From: Diadema setosum
Taxonomy: Eukaryota
NCBI RefSeq assembly: GCF_964275005.1
Contig: NC_092705.1
Span: 6,262,001-6,324,000 of the forward strand
Length of the DNA: 62,000 bases
Direction: 5' to 3'
Shown here: positions 26,913 to 40,232 of the stretch, piece after piece
Layout of the letters: the number at the start of each line of letters is the position of its first letter
How positions within the stretch are numbered: the first letter of the stretch is position 1
Position numbers and translations under genes: made by a program
The notes under the pieces: model-generated
What the model was told of the DNA's origin: nothing
What the model saw: only the letters and a program-made list of their open reading frames with translations
The model's database searches: none

Positions 26913-28338
26913 TTCAAAATGAGTGTTCGAAATTCGGATGTTATTATGTGTCAGAGTTCTGTGAAGCATGTAGGCCTAGGTCTAATCAGATCGAAAGATT
27001 GAAGAAACACAGTGTACGTGTACACGACATTATTCATAATATTGTCGTATAGATAATAGATAAAACATATTGATATTGAATAATACTTCCGCATTACTTT
27101 CTGCGGTGCAACTGATGAGTTCGTGATAATGTAACTGTTGAATTGGCCTTTGCACTGTTTGAAATGCTCATTGAGATTGATAAGTCTTATCGCGACTACT
27201 GTACAGCAATTTCCATTTAAAATGCTGATCATGACATCAGTCCTTACCAAGGAAGTAAGTTAGTACCTTCTTGGGTTTATACACTTGAGTTCAAAGGCAT
27301 AGTTTGTCTCTTGAGAGAAGTACACGTGCACACCATTGAAATTTTCTTCCGCGACTCCATTTATTCTCAAAATTTGCACTCACGCTCAACGGTGTACGCA
27401 CATAATACGGACTGCAAAATGTTGACGGATGTCACTCCACCAAAACCTAGCTCCTGGCTCTGCACCCATGCATGCGACAGAAGTTTTTATTTGTTGAAAG
27501 CTCTCGCATTCTTCCTCAGTGGAAAGTTGACCCCGCTGGGTTCAATCCAAGGAGACATCCTTTGATCACGGGAGTTCACAATGGGTGATAGTCCCTGTAC
27601 GTATCATGTGGATATTGTCTGCTGCGATTAGGTATTTTCAAGATGTCATTGAATGAATCCATCCGTGTGGCGATTGAGGACAAGGAAGCCATGGTTGGCA
27701 ACAAAGGCGCAACAGAGCTCTAGATAAATCACGATAGCGATCCGATCTACACGACAACAATCGTCCATTCCCGTGCGTGAGACACAAATACACAGTGCAC
27801 ACCGTTAACTGGACTGTATGAGTTCATTCCTCAATTAGCGAGTCCATGTACTGAGCACAGAATCCAGTTTATAGTTCTACACACTCCGCTGCTTCAAACA
27901 TGTGCTGTTATGAAGCCTGTTTGAACAATCGGAATCCTCACATTGGGATATTGATTCTGCCATTGAAACTGCGAGAATGCGCACCGGAGTAAATAACAGC
28001 CCGAGACACACCTGCTCCGTAAGTAATGTTAAGCTAACACATTCATGTTGTTGTGTTATACATGTACTTGTCTTTCTGACATAAAGTTGTTCCTGACAAC
28101 TCAAAGGCTTGCCCGATGCTTGCCCTGAGACATGTTCGTCATTGCAACATTTAATGGTAGTAAACTGATTATACCGTCTTTCAAGACATTGAGGTCGCTG
28201 GAATAGCCAATGACAATTAGGCCTATAAGGTCGTCAGAGGAAAAATTACCATTACTCGGAAGACATTAGTACATCGGCCAAATGCGCTACAAAATAAAGT
28301 TGCTTCTATTAAATTGTCAAGGCAGAGGAATGGGATCT

Positions 28339-28561
28339 AAGAGTTCCATATGTACCCCACTACACCTAACTGTTACATTGAAGTCTACATTACCTAGGAC
28401 ACCGAGATCAATGTTCCCGAACTCTTACCCTAACCTAGCCTTAATCCTAATCTGAGTAAAACTCTCACCCTAATCCTAAGGCCACATAGATTTAATCATG
28501 TTTTACTTTATACATAGTAATACATATCCTATACTATATCAGGGATACATATGGCACTCTT
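28339..28561. mobile_element. Element with 20-bp inverted repeats and internal CCCTAA-like repeats
   Basis: AAGAGTTCCATATGTACCCC ... GGGATACATATGGCACTCTT; CCCTAACCTAGCCTTAATCCTAA inside. Confidence 0.6.
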
Positions 28562-28964
28562 GCCTACTTTTTTTTTTATAAATAAATCTCATCTAAGCCC
28601 AGAATACCAACTTGGGTGAAAAACAACTTCCTACCACATTATATTTTATATATGCTTGACTTCAACTTGGTAGCAGTGTAACGCAAGGTGCATTGCACTT
28701 CATTGCCGTAGCATAATAGCATTGTCACTCCGAATCGCGCTCTTCCAACCCCTCCCCTTCCCCATCTCACCCCAACACCGTAAATGTCAATTCAATTAAA
28801 GAAGGTACCTTTAACTTCCACACCTGCTCACGCAAAGATATAGAATTTCTACATTTATATTCATATCATGTGAAACCCTATATGACACGTGTGAAGATAC
28901 TGAAACTCAAATAGTGTATCAATGTTTAATATGATATTAAAGTATAAGACAGAAAGGCCATTAT

Positions 28965-28968
<4 letters not shown>

Positions 28969-29021
<53 letters not shown>
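28969..29021. repeat. (TG)n microsatellite
   Basis: Direct reading. Confidence 0.95.
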
Positions 29022-29025
<4 letters not shown>

Positions 29026-29115
29026 CAAAATGACAGCTCCATGTCCAAATTTCTGTCATTAAATCCCCCTAAAAAGGGAAAAAGAAAAGATAAATGGCAT
29101 TACTCATACGAAGGT

Positions 29116-29149
29116 GTTATCACAAGGAGGTACTCCTCCTTGGTTATCA
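29116..29149. mobile_element. 20-bp mini-palindrome with perfect 7-bp TSD
   Basis: GTTATCA-[CAAGGAGGTACTCCTCCTTG]-GTTATCA. Confidence 0.75.
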
Positions 29150-29583
29150 TAACAAATCTGTCACGTTGTATGTTGTTTCACCATGGAGCTAGCTCCATGG
29201 TTCGATATAGGAACATTTCCGAACTTTTCCGCGTGAAATGGGGATGTATAAGTACGATGGCACTGGCAACACGAGGACCGTTGTCATTGCAACATGAACT
29301 GTGAGTGAATGATGATAATCGTCTTTGGTTACAAGTGGTTGGATGAGTATGAGGCCAAAGGAAATATGATTGATCAAATACTGTATCTAGGCAACGACAA
29401 CACATGTGTTATTGTTTGCAGTGATACTACAGTAACACACAAGCAGAAAGAGAATGACGTCACGTTACCATGGCTACTCCCATTTGAAAAATAACAACCT
29501 TCAAAATCGCTTGTGATTCTGCTACGACATAACTGACCAGGGAAGTGTGCCTCTCTCACACCTCCCGAATCTGACAGAAGCCA

Positions 29584-29614
<31 letters not shown>

Positions 29615-31013
29615 TGTATATCGATATGAATCACAGAAATTGATTTAGTTAAATCGATGAAGTCATTGAAAAGGAGAAAAAACGCAGATAAAGTGATTTG
29701 CTCCAAATTTATACCGAGTCACTTTAATACTCATCTCACATTTCGTGACTCATTAGTCTTCGTATCCAGTGTCGCAATGACCAATGTCATCCTCACTGAC
29801 TAATCACGGCATTTGCAATGGAGCTAGCTGAAAATAGTTCCTGGGTTGTTTTTTTTTTTCAGGGTTTTGGCCAAACACTCTCTCCTTTCCTCTTATATGG
29901 AGATACGGAATGTCGGACCCTTTTCTTTCAATGTCACATACTTGCGTTGGAGTGTGGTGTCCAATCAGAGGCTTGAAACATAGGGCGCGTTTTGCTTTAT
30001 AGGTGTTTTATTTTTCCTGTTACAACCATGACTCTGAAACAGTGCCATGGCCAAGGTCCCGGGCGCTTCCTCACGCATAATGTAGTTCAGTGTGCTCGTC
30101 ATAAGCGGATGGAGGGCTCTGGCGCCAGTGTGCATCGTGATAACGGCGCTCAAAGCAGGAATTATCTTCAATAATCTCTGGGAAGCGATACTGTCGATAC
30201 CATTGAACGGCTACTGTCATATAACTATACCATAGTAATAGTTTGTGGTGTTAAAGGACAGGGCAACATACCATTCACTGTGAGTATAATAGTATTTTGG
30301 CTCATTTACCGTCTATGAAGAATGTTCTTTGGGAGAGGAGTGTCTTAGAGTAAAGATAAAACGTCGGACATCAGTTTATCGTCGATAGGACAGTATGTAA
30401 TTTTACCACTCCTTGAAAAGAAGAGCGAGAAGGACGTATGTCACGTTCTTAGTGTCTTTTGTTAGTTATCTCGTTAGTGTGTGGATTGGCTAGCTACATT
30501 TTCTTTGCGTTAAGACATAGACTTTATCAAGGCGGTTCTCCCCGATTTCAGATTGGTTGAAATGATTCTACTGCACGTTATTGGATATGTGAAGACTGAA
30601 TTCATAAAAGAGAGAAACGAAAATCCACAATCCAGAAGTGAAAATGGTCAACGCGATTGTGAAGATTGAATTGATCAAAGAAAAAAAAAAAAAAAACTCA
30701 ACGATGTAGAGAAAGTGAAAATAATCAACGCGATTGTGTCATCATGAAGACTACACGTAACAAACCTAAACGCCTGCCGTTTGGCACGTTTTACAAACAA
30801 ACGAGGAAGCACTGGAAAGGGGTTTGCACAGGACGCAGCGATGGGCGTAAAAAAGTTTTTTTTTTTCCTTTTATGAAATTGGAGGGAAGTTTACCTCAAC
30901 AGATAGGAGAGGATGCCCTTGAGCGAATAGCGCTATATTAATGTTCCAATAACTTAGTGATAATCATTTGAGTGTCAGTAAATCGTATACATGCACTATT
31001 GTACTTATGGTTG

Positions 31014-31157
<144 letters not shown>

Positions 31158-31219
31158 AACATCATACAAAACTAAACCCCATGGACTAGGACGTGTAGAA
31201 CCAGGGCGGTGGGACACTG

Positions 31220-31363
31220 CTGGGGGGCATTTTATGAAGCGTTTTGGTCGGATATTTTTCTGACAAACTGTTACAAGCTACTGAAATCCTTGCATCTGAT
31301 TGGCTGAGGGCAAATTTGTCCGATAACTTTGTCGGACAAAATGCTTCATGAAATGCCCCCCAG
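31220..31363. mobile_element. Palindromic MITE (PIF/Harbinger-like G-rich termini)
   Basis: CTGGGGGGCATTTTATGAAGCGTTTTG ... CAAAATGCTTCATGAAATGCCCCCCAG. Confidence 0.75.
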
Positions 31364-31861
31364 GACACTCCCACCTCCGTAACAGAACTACAGTACTCAC
31401 TCATTGTGGCAAAACACTCCCTATAGAAGAAAAAAAAATGCTTAATGAGGAGAAGTCCTCAGTTCGACTCTTGTCCTGTGGATAAGGACATAATGAGCAA
31501 GGCGTTTTATGCCCCTTTATTTCAATTCTCACAGGCTTCTTTCTGCTTTATCCATACGCATGAATGGGTACGTGGGAAACAAAAGAAGGAAAAAAAGACC
31601 TTCCATTTTACAGGACACGCTGTGAATTACTAAGCTTAAATATTTTCAAAGTGATTAGTATACGCGCAATACATCCGTTATAAAACTATGTATATCTTCT
31701 TTTTTTTTTCCATTTATAGCGACGTGACAGATAACAGCAAAGTGTCGGATATTAAGAATCAATGAGTGGACATTTACCCTTGATATCCCTGGCATGGTAT
31801 TCGTGGTAGCGGTATGGCTGCATATGTTTCTTATTATTCAAAGGCCAGGGTCCTTTGGAGT

Positions 31862-32280
31862 GGTTACAGCTCGTTATTCCGAAGGTTCGTTATTCCGAAG
31901 ATTCATTATTCCGAAGGTTCGTTATTCCGAAGATTCGTTATTCCGAAGGTTCGTTAATCCGAAAATGACACAAAGCTCGTTATTCCGAAGATTCATTACG
32001 GACCCTATTTCATTTCGGATCAACGAACCTTCGGAACGACGAACCTTATTTCATTTTCGGATTACCAGACCTTCGGAATAACGAACCCTATTTCATTTTC
32101 GGATAACCGAGCCTTCGGAATAGCGAACTCTATTTCATTTTCGGATTAACAAACCTTCGGAATAACGCCACAAATGTTCGGATTAACGAACCCTTTTTCA
32201 TTTTCGGATTTAACGAACCTCTAGGTATAGGGAATTTGTGTGTTTCGGATTAACGAACCTTCGGAATAACGAACAGCACC
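31862..32280. mobile_element. Foldback-type element with 16-bp internal repeats and 10-bp TSD (Mutator/Rehavkus-like)
   Basis: GGTTACAGCTCG(TTATTCCGAAGGTTCG)n ... inverted repeats ... AACAGCACC; perfect flanking CCTTTGGAGT at 31852-31861 and 32281-32290. Confidence 0.85.
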
Positions 32281-32556
32281 CCTTTGGAGTTACGGAGTGA
32301 TGTTCTTTCACTTTCACGCTTCCTTTCCACAGACTCACTGCAATGCACGCAATCAGGTATACCTGTTATGTGGCGGAAATCCTTTTTAACAATTTCAATC
32401 AAAGTTGTTGACACAATTTACAGATATTAAATGGATATAGATATTAAATAGTAGATCTCATTGGCACATTCTCTATTTACATCAACCAATCAGACTATGT
32501 GAATAACGGCAAGAAATTGCTAGGAATATCTTTTTAATTGACATGGTTATTTATCA

Positions 32557-32590
<34 letters not shown>

Positions 32591-33088
32591 ATAGAAGCTA
32601 CTGGATTTATGAGAGTTCTATCAAGATGGTATTCAGTTCTGCCAATAACAATTTAGGAAAAAGTCATGACTGCTCATGCAGTCGCGTTATACGATTTCCG
32701 AACTGTAGTTATTGGGAACGTGCAAGTAGTAACGTTTCACTGCCACCAGTGACTATAATAGGAATAATGCATACAAAAATGGATTCGTAAGGCTGATCAC
32801 TGGACCATCGTTTGTGTTTGCTGTTCCTCTCGGGTCGACAACAACAATAATCATCTCTCGTCAATCGTGAATCCGAGATACCTAAATCTAGTTTGGATGC
32901 CGATGTTGTCATGGGCAGGGCTCTAAAGCTCCGGATGTGCATGAAATAATGAGCACGATAGAACTGTAATCCCGGCACGTAGGGCTCAAACTTCCGGTAC
33001 CGACCACGACCTGCCTTGAAAAAGCTCGTTACATTGGCAATGGTATTCTTCACAAATGCATTTGATGGGAATCAGTTCACATTGTATT

Positions 33089-33745
33089 AATAATAACAAT
33101 AATGATATATCAATTTATAAAGCGCAAAACCTATAGACATATATTCTTCTGCGCTGCAAAAGCTTCTGATGTGCTTGATAATAATGAACAGTTAAACGAA
33201 AAGATGTGTTTTGAGTCGTGATTTAAAGACTGCTACGGTTGGGGATTTCCGGACTTCTAATGGTAGATCATTCCAGAGTTTGGGAGCTGCACAGGCAAAT
33301 GCTCTGTCTCCTAATGTTACTTTTGTTTTACCTGTTGGAATTTGTAAGAGAAGAGTGTCGTTACAACTGCGCAAATTGTGAGTGTGTCTATGAGGTTTAA
33401 ATGCTAATAATTCGGATATGTACCTGGGGGCTTGACCGATGAGTGACTTATATATTCGTTTACGAATCGGAAGCCAGTGTAGGTCTTTCAGAAGAGGAGT
33501 AATCCTTGAGAACCTAGGTTTGTTACAGACAAGCCTTGCGCAGGAGTTTTGGACTCGCTGCAGGCGCCCAACTTGAGAACCATGGAGTCCATATAATAAC
33601 CCATTGCAATAATCCAATTTCCTGACAATACATGCTTGGACGATCATTTTCATACTGTTCTCATCAAAATATTTCCTGATACGCCTAAGACTGTATATCA
33701 TAATTATGGTATGATGATTTACACACATTTGTGATGTGTGCTTAT
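33089..33745 (-). mobile_element. 5'-truncated L2-clade LINE (ORF2 C-terminus and 3' tail)
   Basis: LRRIRKY..KLDYCNGLLYGL..LQRVQN..ARLV..ITPLLKDLHWLPI..GDRAFACAAPKLWNDLP..FKSRLKTHLF; GCGCTTTATAAAT...(ATT) tail. Confidence 0.92.
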
Positions 33746-34187
33746 ATTGCGAGCTGATAACAATTTCCGTAATCGGTGATGCTTGCTCGTCCACTCAAGG
33801 TGAGAGCTCTCGCAGTAGTACGTGATCACTGCCAAATATACGCCGACGCAGGCGCCTAATATCTTTGACACTGCTTTCATATTACTTTCGGATATGCTGT
33901 ATGTTAATTTTATAATTCTAAAGACTTCTGTCTTGTTTTGTTTTGTTTTGTTTTCTTTGTGTGACGCTATCAAAGTCCAGCTCTGCTAAACTGATGGCGG
34001 TCTGTGTATATTCCCAATCGTATAATGTGATAGCGAACTTTAGAGGATAGGGACTCTTTTTGACTCTCAACCACAAAATCCAATGGTTGAATCCATTACA
34101 TCGGTATATAGACAAGACGTAAACGCGCCATGATCCCTTCGATCCAAGTGCATGTACAAGTGGAAACCAGGCAGCGATGGGTTAAGA

Positions 34188-34554
34188 TTAAAGGCATAAT
34201 TCACCATTTGCAAATGAAACAAAAACCTAGCATTAGTGCTTCAATATAGTTCTAAAATGTGAGTTAGGGATAGAAACAACCAATGTAAAAATTTGAACCA
34301 GTATAATCGATGTTAAGTATTGTCAAATACACAAAATGTGAATAATATGTTATACTAAAAAATGCTTTAAACCGTCTACAGTTATGGTTTCATGAGAAAA
34401 ATAGTGGTATCTCCTTATATTTTAGGCTTTATTGAAAAAAAAAACATTCTATCCTAGGATGTTTTGTGATACAACTGACCTACACATATGCATCAAAAGT
34501 GATATCTTGAACATTTTTAAAAGCACTGCTCCCAAATGTAAACAGAACCTTTAA
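34188..34554. mobile_element. Kolobok-type MITE, family C
   Basis: TTAA-AGGCATAATTCACCATTTG ... CAAATGTAAACAGAACCT-TTAA. Confidence 0.75.
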
Positions 34555-34617
34555 TGGCACCACGGGTGAAGACATGAATAGCATTAGGAATACAGCATAC
34601 ATTATCGTATTTTTATT

Positions 34618-35835
34618 TTCAATTCAATTCAATTCAATTCAATTCATGCTTTATTTCATTTTTCGAAAAGAACATAAATATTTCACTTTCTTTGGTAACA
34701 GAGAATAAGGTTGTATAGTCAAAACAAAGTAAATTGAGAAAAATATAATCGAGGAACCTTGGAATAAGAAATACGTTGTAATGAAAATTGATTGAAGTGA
34801 TAAAGACGACATAATCTTGATGTAAAAAAAAAATAACAGATGACACGGAGAGCTTTCTTTTGTAGAAGGAACACTCTATCCAGTAGATTCTGATGAGTGT
34901 TACCCCATACTAAAATATAACATAAGTAATGATTTTTGTGGAATATACGAATTCATTCTATTCATAACGCCTATATTACGCGAGATTGTGTTGGATATAT
35001 AATCAATATGTAATTTCCAGGAAAGTTTGTCGTCAACAATAATTCCAAGAAATTTAAAATGTGAAACTCTTTCTAACTGAATATCATTCAAAACTATAGC
35101 TGTACTCAGAGTATCAACAGTATTACTGAAAATCATGTATTTCGTTTTTTGGGCATTCAAGGATAATCTGTTGGCTCTTACCAAATTACTCACTTTTTGT
35201 AATTCAGAATTAACTTTTTGAACAAGAAAATTAGCATCATTGTGGGCAAAAAATACATTGGTATCGTCAGCAAAATGGATGAAAGAAAGTACTTCAGATG
35301 CCTGACAAAAATCATTAATATAAGCAATAAATAACAGTGGCCCTAATAAACTTCCCTGCGGAACACCATAATTTACTTCTCTTATTACTGAACAATTATC
35401 TTTGATTATAACAAACTGTCTTCTATTTTCCAAATAACTCTTGAACCACTCCAAGGCCTTCCAACGTATGTTCCGTAAGGTGATAATTTGTGGAGTAGAA
35501 TATCGTGATCAACAGTGTCGAAGGCCTTGGAGAAGTCCAAGAAAATACTAATTAAATGAGAATGATTATCAATTGCGTGAGCCACTTTATCAATAAAATA
35601 TAAAAGAGCATGAGTTGTACTATGCTTCTCTCGAAAACCGAATTGCGAATTAGTAAAAATATTATGCAACTTAAAAAAAACCCAATAATTCTCTTATAAA
35701 TGAGTTTCTCTAAAACTTTGGACAACGATGATAATAATGAAATTGGACGATAATTACTGACATCGGATTTATCACCCTTCTTAAATAATGGAATTACTTT
35801 GGCCAGTTTCATCTTGTCAGAAAACACACCGTTAT
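34618..35835 (-). mobile_element. CR1/L2-group LINE reverse-transcriptase fragment (frameshifted) with probable 3'UTR and (GAATT)n tail
   Basis: AKVIPLFKKGD..NYRPISLL, QFGFREKHST, FLDFSKAFDTVDH, GVPQGSLLGPLLF, FADDT spread over three frames (34900-35835). Confidence 0.92.
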
Positions 35836-36838
35836 TATCATTTCTGAGATAAACATTCAGATAAAATGCATCGACTGGGATTATTCTCGGGTGTAAGCAA
35901 ACCTATATATATATTTTTTTTTTTTTTTGGGGGGGGGGGAGGGGGTTCTGTATTTTTTTTTTATTCAGTGATTCTTGAATGGGTTTTAGCTCAGCCGCTT
36001 CGAATAATTCCTTAATCCTTAAATTCCGAGTAGTGGCTTTGCTGTTGTGGTCGTCGATTTTAACTGGGTGAACGCTTCATCTGTTATTAGTACATGTATA
36101 TAAAGATTTCTTGTCCGTATTTTACTGAAGCATATACGTGTATCGCATATCGAATAGGAGACTTGTTAAAACCATACAGGGGGATGGAAACGAAGTTCAT
36201 CCAGATGCCCTAGCTTTGTTCAGGGGAAGTAGACGAGAAGGCGGGAAAAAATGACTTGAGTTTGTTTATGATTTTGTTTCCTTCTTTTTTTCACAGGAGA
36301 GCTGCTTCGTGTGTGTTTGTTTGTTTATTTGTTTGTGTATATGTGTGCGATGTGTGTGTATTTCTTTTTGTCTTTTCTTTTTAAAGGCAAATAGCCTAGT
36401 TTTGTTAGTTCAGCAGTTAATATTAGTTGTTTAGGAGACTGCAAACACCAAGCTCTACTCCAACAATTTTGATTTGGTATTTTTCATACAGGTCACGGTA
36501 TCTATTCTATTTTCCTTGATTTACGCTGCAATACTGACTTTTTTGGGGGGGGGGGTGTAATTATGTGTATTTTTTGAATATGTGTATTTAAATGTCTTTT
36601 TGCAATTGCATTTTTGTTGGAATTAAAATAAATGAAAAAAAAAAATGAAATGAAGATTTTCCAAGGGGATAAGACGCTTTCTTGTTAGGCTCCTACAATA
36701 TAGGCAGTACAGATGCGGACCAAGTCACCTGTTGACCTTTTTAGAGTGTCGGGTTTCCCTGTCAACACTACCTCAATCTGCGGGAATTGTAACGAACAAG
36801 TTGTACGAAAATGCTGCATTAGGGTATTTAACCTCCCA

Positions 36839-36872
36839 AATAATAATGGTGATAATAATAATGATGATGATG

Positions 36873-36930
<58 letters not shown>

Positions 36931-37030
36931 TAATAATGATAATAATAACAATAACAATTCCAAGTAGTAGGAGTAGTGGTAGTAGTAGTAGTAGTAATAG
37001 CAGCAGCAGTTGTAGTAGCAGTAGTAGTAA
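36839..37030. repeat. Compound (AAT)n/(GAT)n/(AGT)n trinucleotide tract
   Basis: Direct reading. Confidence 0.9.
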
Positions 37031-37853
37031 TGTAAGGAGCAGTATATCATCACATTCATCGTCATCATCACAGTCTTCCATGCGTCAGGGAGGTGTCCTA
37101 TTATTATCATCGCTATCTACTTGATACTTCTCAGTTTCGAGTCATTAAGGTTGGTAGATGCATTACCATTGTCTTTCCTAAACGAGTGTACAATGTAAAA
37201 TTAAGCAACTTTCATCTCTCTCAGTAACTTGCCCATTTTTTTTTACAACTTCCTTTTATCGGATAATACGTTTACGTGATGAGTTACTGTTACACGTTTC
37301 CCAGAGATGGTTAATTATATTGAAATCAAGTTCAAGTCTGGAAATTTATATCGTCTTGTTGTCTTTTAGCGCTTTTTGTAGACGATGCATTAATTTGGTA
37401 ATCTGCCTTTTTAGCTCGTACGACAGTGTTACGTGGTTCAGCCGAGGCGACGCCCATTCACCCCAAGCCGTTCGAGAGTGGCGTTATACATACCCACTTC
37501 TCTTTAATCATGTTAATGAACATTCTCTGGTTTCATAAGCTTGTCAATTCTTCCGAGGGCCCCCACTGCCCATCGTGACATCCCTAATCCCTGTGGGATC
37601 AGAACCGGATCTGCAGAGATTTGACCTGGTATTAGCCATTTACTTTTCAATTTCTCCATTCCACATAAAGTGATTACGATCACCTCGTAACTGATATATA
37701 TCTTCGGTGCTCACTTTTCTGGTATAGAGGCTATGCTTACTTTCAGTTCCTATAATCAGTGCAAGTTCAACACGGTGGGAAGTTGTGTTCAAATATGGTT
37801 TCGATTTCGTGTATTTGTATTAGGGAACATATTGACGCACAGGTATAGAATAC

Positions 37854-38134
37854 GGTTACAGCTCGTTATTCCGAAGGTTCGTTATTCCGAAGGCTCTTTA
37901 GTCCGAAGATTCGTTATTCCGAAGGTTCATTGTTCCGAATTTCATTTTCAGATTAACGAATCTTCGGAATAACGAACCTTCGGAATAACGCCACAAATGT
38001 TCGGATTAACGAACCCTTTTTCATTTTCGGATTAACGAACATCTAGGTATAGGGAATTTGTGTGTTTCGGATTAACGACCCTTCGGAATAGCGAACCTTC
38101 GGAATAGCGAACCTTCGGAATAACGAACAGCACC
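37854..38134. mobile_element. Second, shorter copy of the same foldback element
   Basis: Same termini and internal AGGTATAGGGAATTTGTGTGTTTCGG; TSD degenerate. Confidence 0.82.
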
Positions 38135-38411
38135 CATTACATACTTGCAGCAAGAAAGCCATACACCAAAACTTCATTGTGGCATTGTGACAGACAGACT
38201 ATCATTCCCGTGAGTGAGAATTAAGAATAAAGACAAAGAAGAAGCAGAAGTAACGGAAGAGGAATTTGGAGATCAATATCTAACAGCAACAACAACAACA
38301 AGGGAAAGGTAAAATGATCCACACTATAGGAAATGACAAATGTCCGATAAACGCTTGTTAGTGGCGGTATGATGAGTTGATGAGAATAAAATGCAGGACC
38401 AATTTAATAAG

Positions 38412-38645
38412 GAAGTATATGAACGATGTTGGGGTATGGGAACTGAACAAACAGGCAGAGGGATCAAAATACATGCAATGAGTTTCTGGAGTCGTGCTAA
38501 GACGTGGTTGAAACAGGGAGGTGTGAGAATCTCCCTGGTTGAAACCAAATCTCTTGGAGCGGAAACTATTACAGCGCTTGTGGCTACCGCAGTTTGTTTT
38601 AATGGGGATAATGCACGCTTGAACAAAATGCGGGAACTCTTGGAT
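38412..38645 (+). pseudogene. Decayed DDE transposase C-terminal fragment (Kolobok / 'Mutator-like' family)
   Basis: After removing two small insertions it reads EVYERCWGMGT-QNTCNEFLESC*DVVETKSLGAETITALVATAVCFNGD, resembling the recalled ERC..G.TQN.NES...W...PK...G...V..AV..AVC.FN.G motif. Confidence 0.55.
38507..38544. mobile_element. 24-bp mini-palindrome with perfect 7-bp TSD
   Basis: GTTGAAA-[CAGGGAGGTGTGAGAATCTCCCTG]-GTTGAAA. Confidence 0.78.
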
Positions 38646-38764
38646 AATAATTACAGTTTTGACGCATCAGGTTGTAGTAAAAAACAAAAAGAAAACAAAA
38701 ACAAACTATATTCACAGTTCGTCGAGTGTTATCATTACGTTGAAGGATATCAAATTTTGCGGCA

Positions 38765-38900
38765 AGCACTGTGATATAGTGGTTACGGCACCAGGATTTT
38801 AAACAGGTTAATCTGGGTTCGAGCCCTAGCCAGCACGTACTTCTATTTAGACATGATTTCGTATCCAAAATGTTGACAATGGTGTTCTGGTATGTTTGGG
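38765..38900 (+). mobile_element. Degenerate tRNA-derived SINE head
   Basis: A box TGATATAGTGG 38772-38782; B box GGTTCGAGCC 38816-38825. Confidence 0.5.
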
Positions 38901-40232
38901 GGGAATGCACCCTATAAACTTTGCTTCTTCAGCATTCCTCCCCATTTTCCTGCATTTTCTTAACTTCAGAATGTTTTTGTGCTTTTTCTTTTTTCACCTT
39001 ATCATTTGTATATCCACAAATTCCATTTACCATATTTTGTAATATTGACATATGATTATGTACTTATATTTTATATGTAAGTTGTATTGGAGATGGAAAA
39101 AATAAATGAAATGAAAAATGAAATGAAATGGTATATGATATATATACTTATATATAAATCTATATAAACACGTGTGATATGACAAGACCCTCATCAAGAG
39201 CAATATACCAACACCGTGAAGTCTGTCCTGTGGAAATAAATCCCCTATCAATATTCGCACTCGTAACTTTGTCATAAAGTAAAGGGCTTGAATAGATTTG
39301 AACAGCTTTAATTGATGATCGATCCGTGCTGAGTGCTATCAATTCATAACTGCATGCTTTAGATTCCAGTTTTATGGGATCGTTGTCCTGAAACAAAGAC
39401 TAAAGAGGTTGAGGCGTGTAATCACAATTTTCCCTCATGGACGTAAAGTGACAAGGACGTATTCTTAATTAATGGATTGCATTCTCTCGGATTGCGGAAT
39501 GATACCCACCTCGGAGTAATATCTCTAATCCACATCGACCTTTACATGTGATGTATACCGGAGAAGTGGGTGGAAGAGACGAAGTAGATTATTATGAAAA
39601 AGAAAAACAGAAAATGAAGAAAGAGATAGAAAAAAGAGCCCTCAAATGAAAAATGAAAATGTGTTTTTACATGGTGCCAAATTTCAAATATTGTCAAATA
39701 TTTTCCATAGAAATTATGATGACCGCCAGAAAGTGATCTACCTGAGATACAGTTTTAACTTCCAGCACTCCCAACGATCTAAATCCGATATGAATAAAAA
39801 AAGACAGAAAGAAGAACATAATCAATGGCTATTTCTCTACCTGTAATGAGAGAGAGAGAGAAAAAAAAAAACAATAATCCAGCGATCTATATACCAGCGA
39901 TAAATGATTATGTTAAAGACATTGCAAACAGCATTAGAGTCAGGACGACTTGACATTTAATCTGTTCGTGCTCATGATCCCGTCGTTCATGTCAGTAATA
40001 TACCACTGATTTTCAATCCTCTACAGTTTTACTTGTGCCCCTCATATTCAATCTTAACCGCGAAAGATCTTACATCCAGTCATAATATACATGCTCATAT
40101 TAACTGACGCATTTCAACCCAATATCCCTGTTTGGAAATTTCAGTCAATTCGACCGTCATTCTCAAACTAAATGACTTAATAATAATGAACGAAATACAC
40201 ACACAAACACAACTATGAATACAATAAGATAT

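Noticed and set aside
28425..28480. Interstitial telomere
   Set aside because: Only a few degenerate CCCTAA units inside an inverted-repeat element
33745..33840. Possible 5' inversion of the L2 LINE (plus-strand VRALAVVRD resembling VRNLGVIFD)
   Set aside because: Similarity too short and weak to support by eye
36685..37124. Poly-N/I/L ORFs (also ORFs over the AAAAC, TA and TG repeats)
   Set aside because: Artefacts of microsatellites lacking stop codons
38391..38774. 127-aa ORF as an intact gene
   Set aside because: The frame is a chimera created by insertions into a decayed transposase fragment
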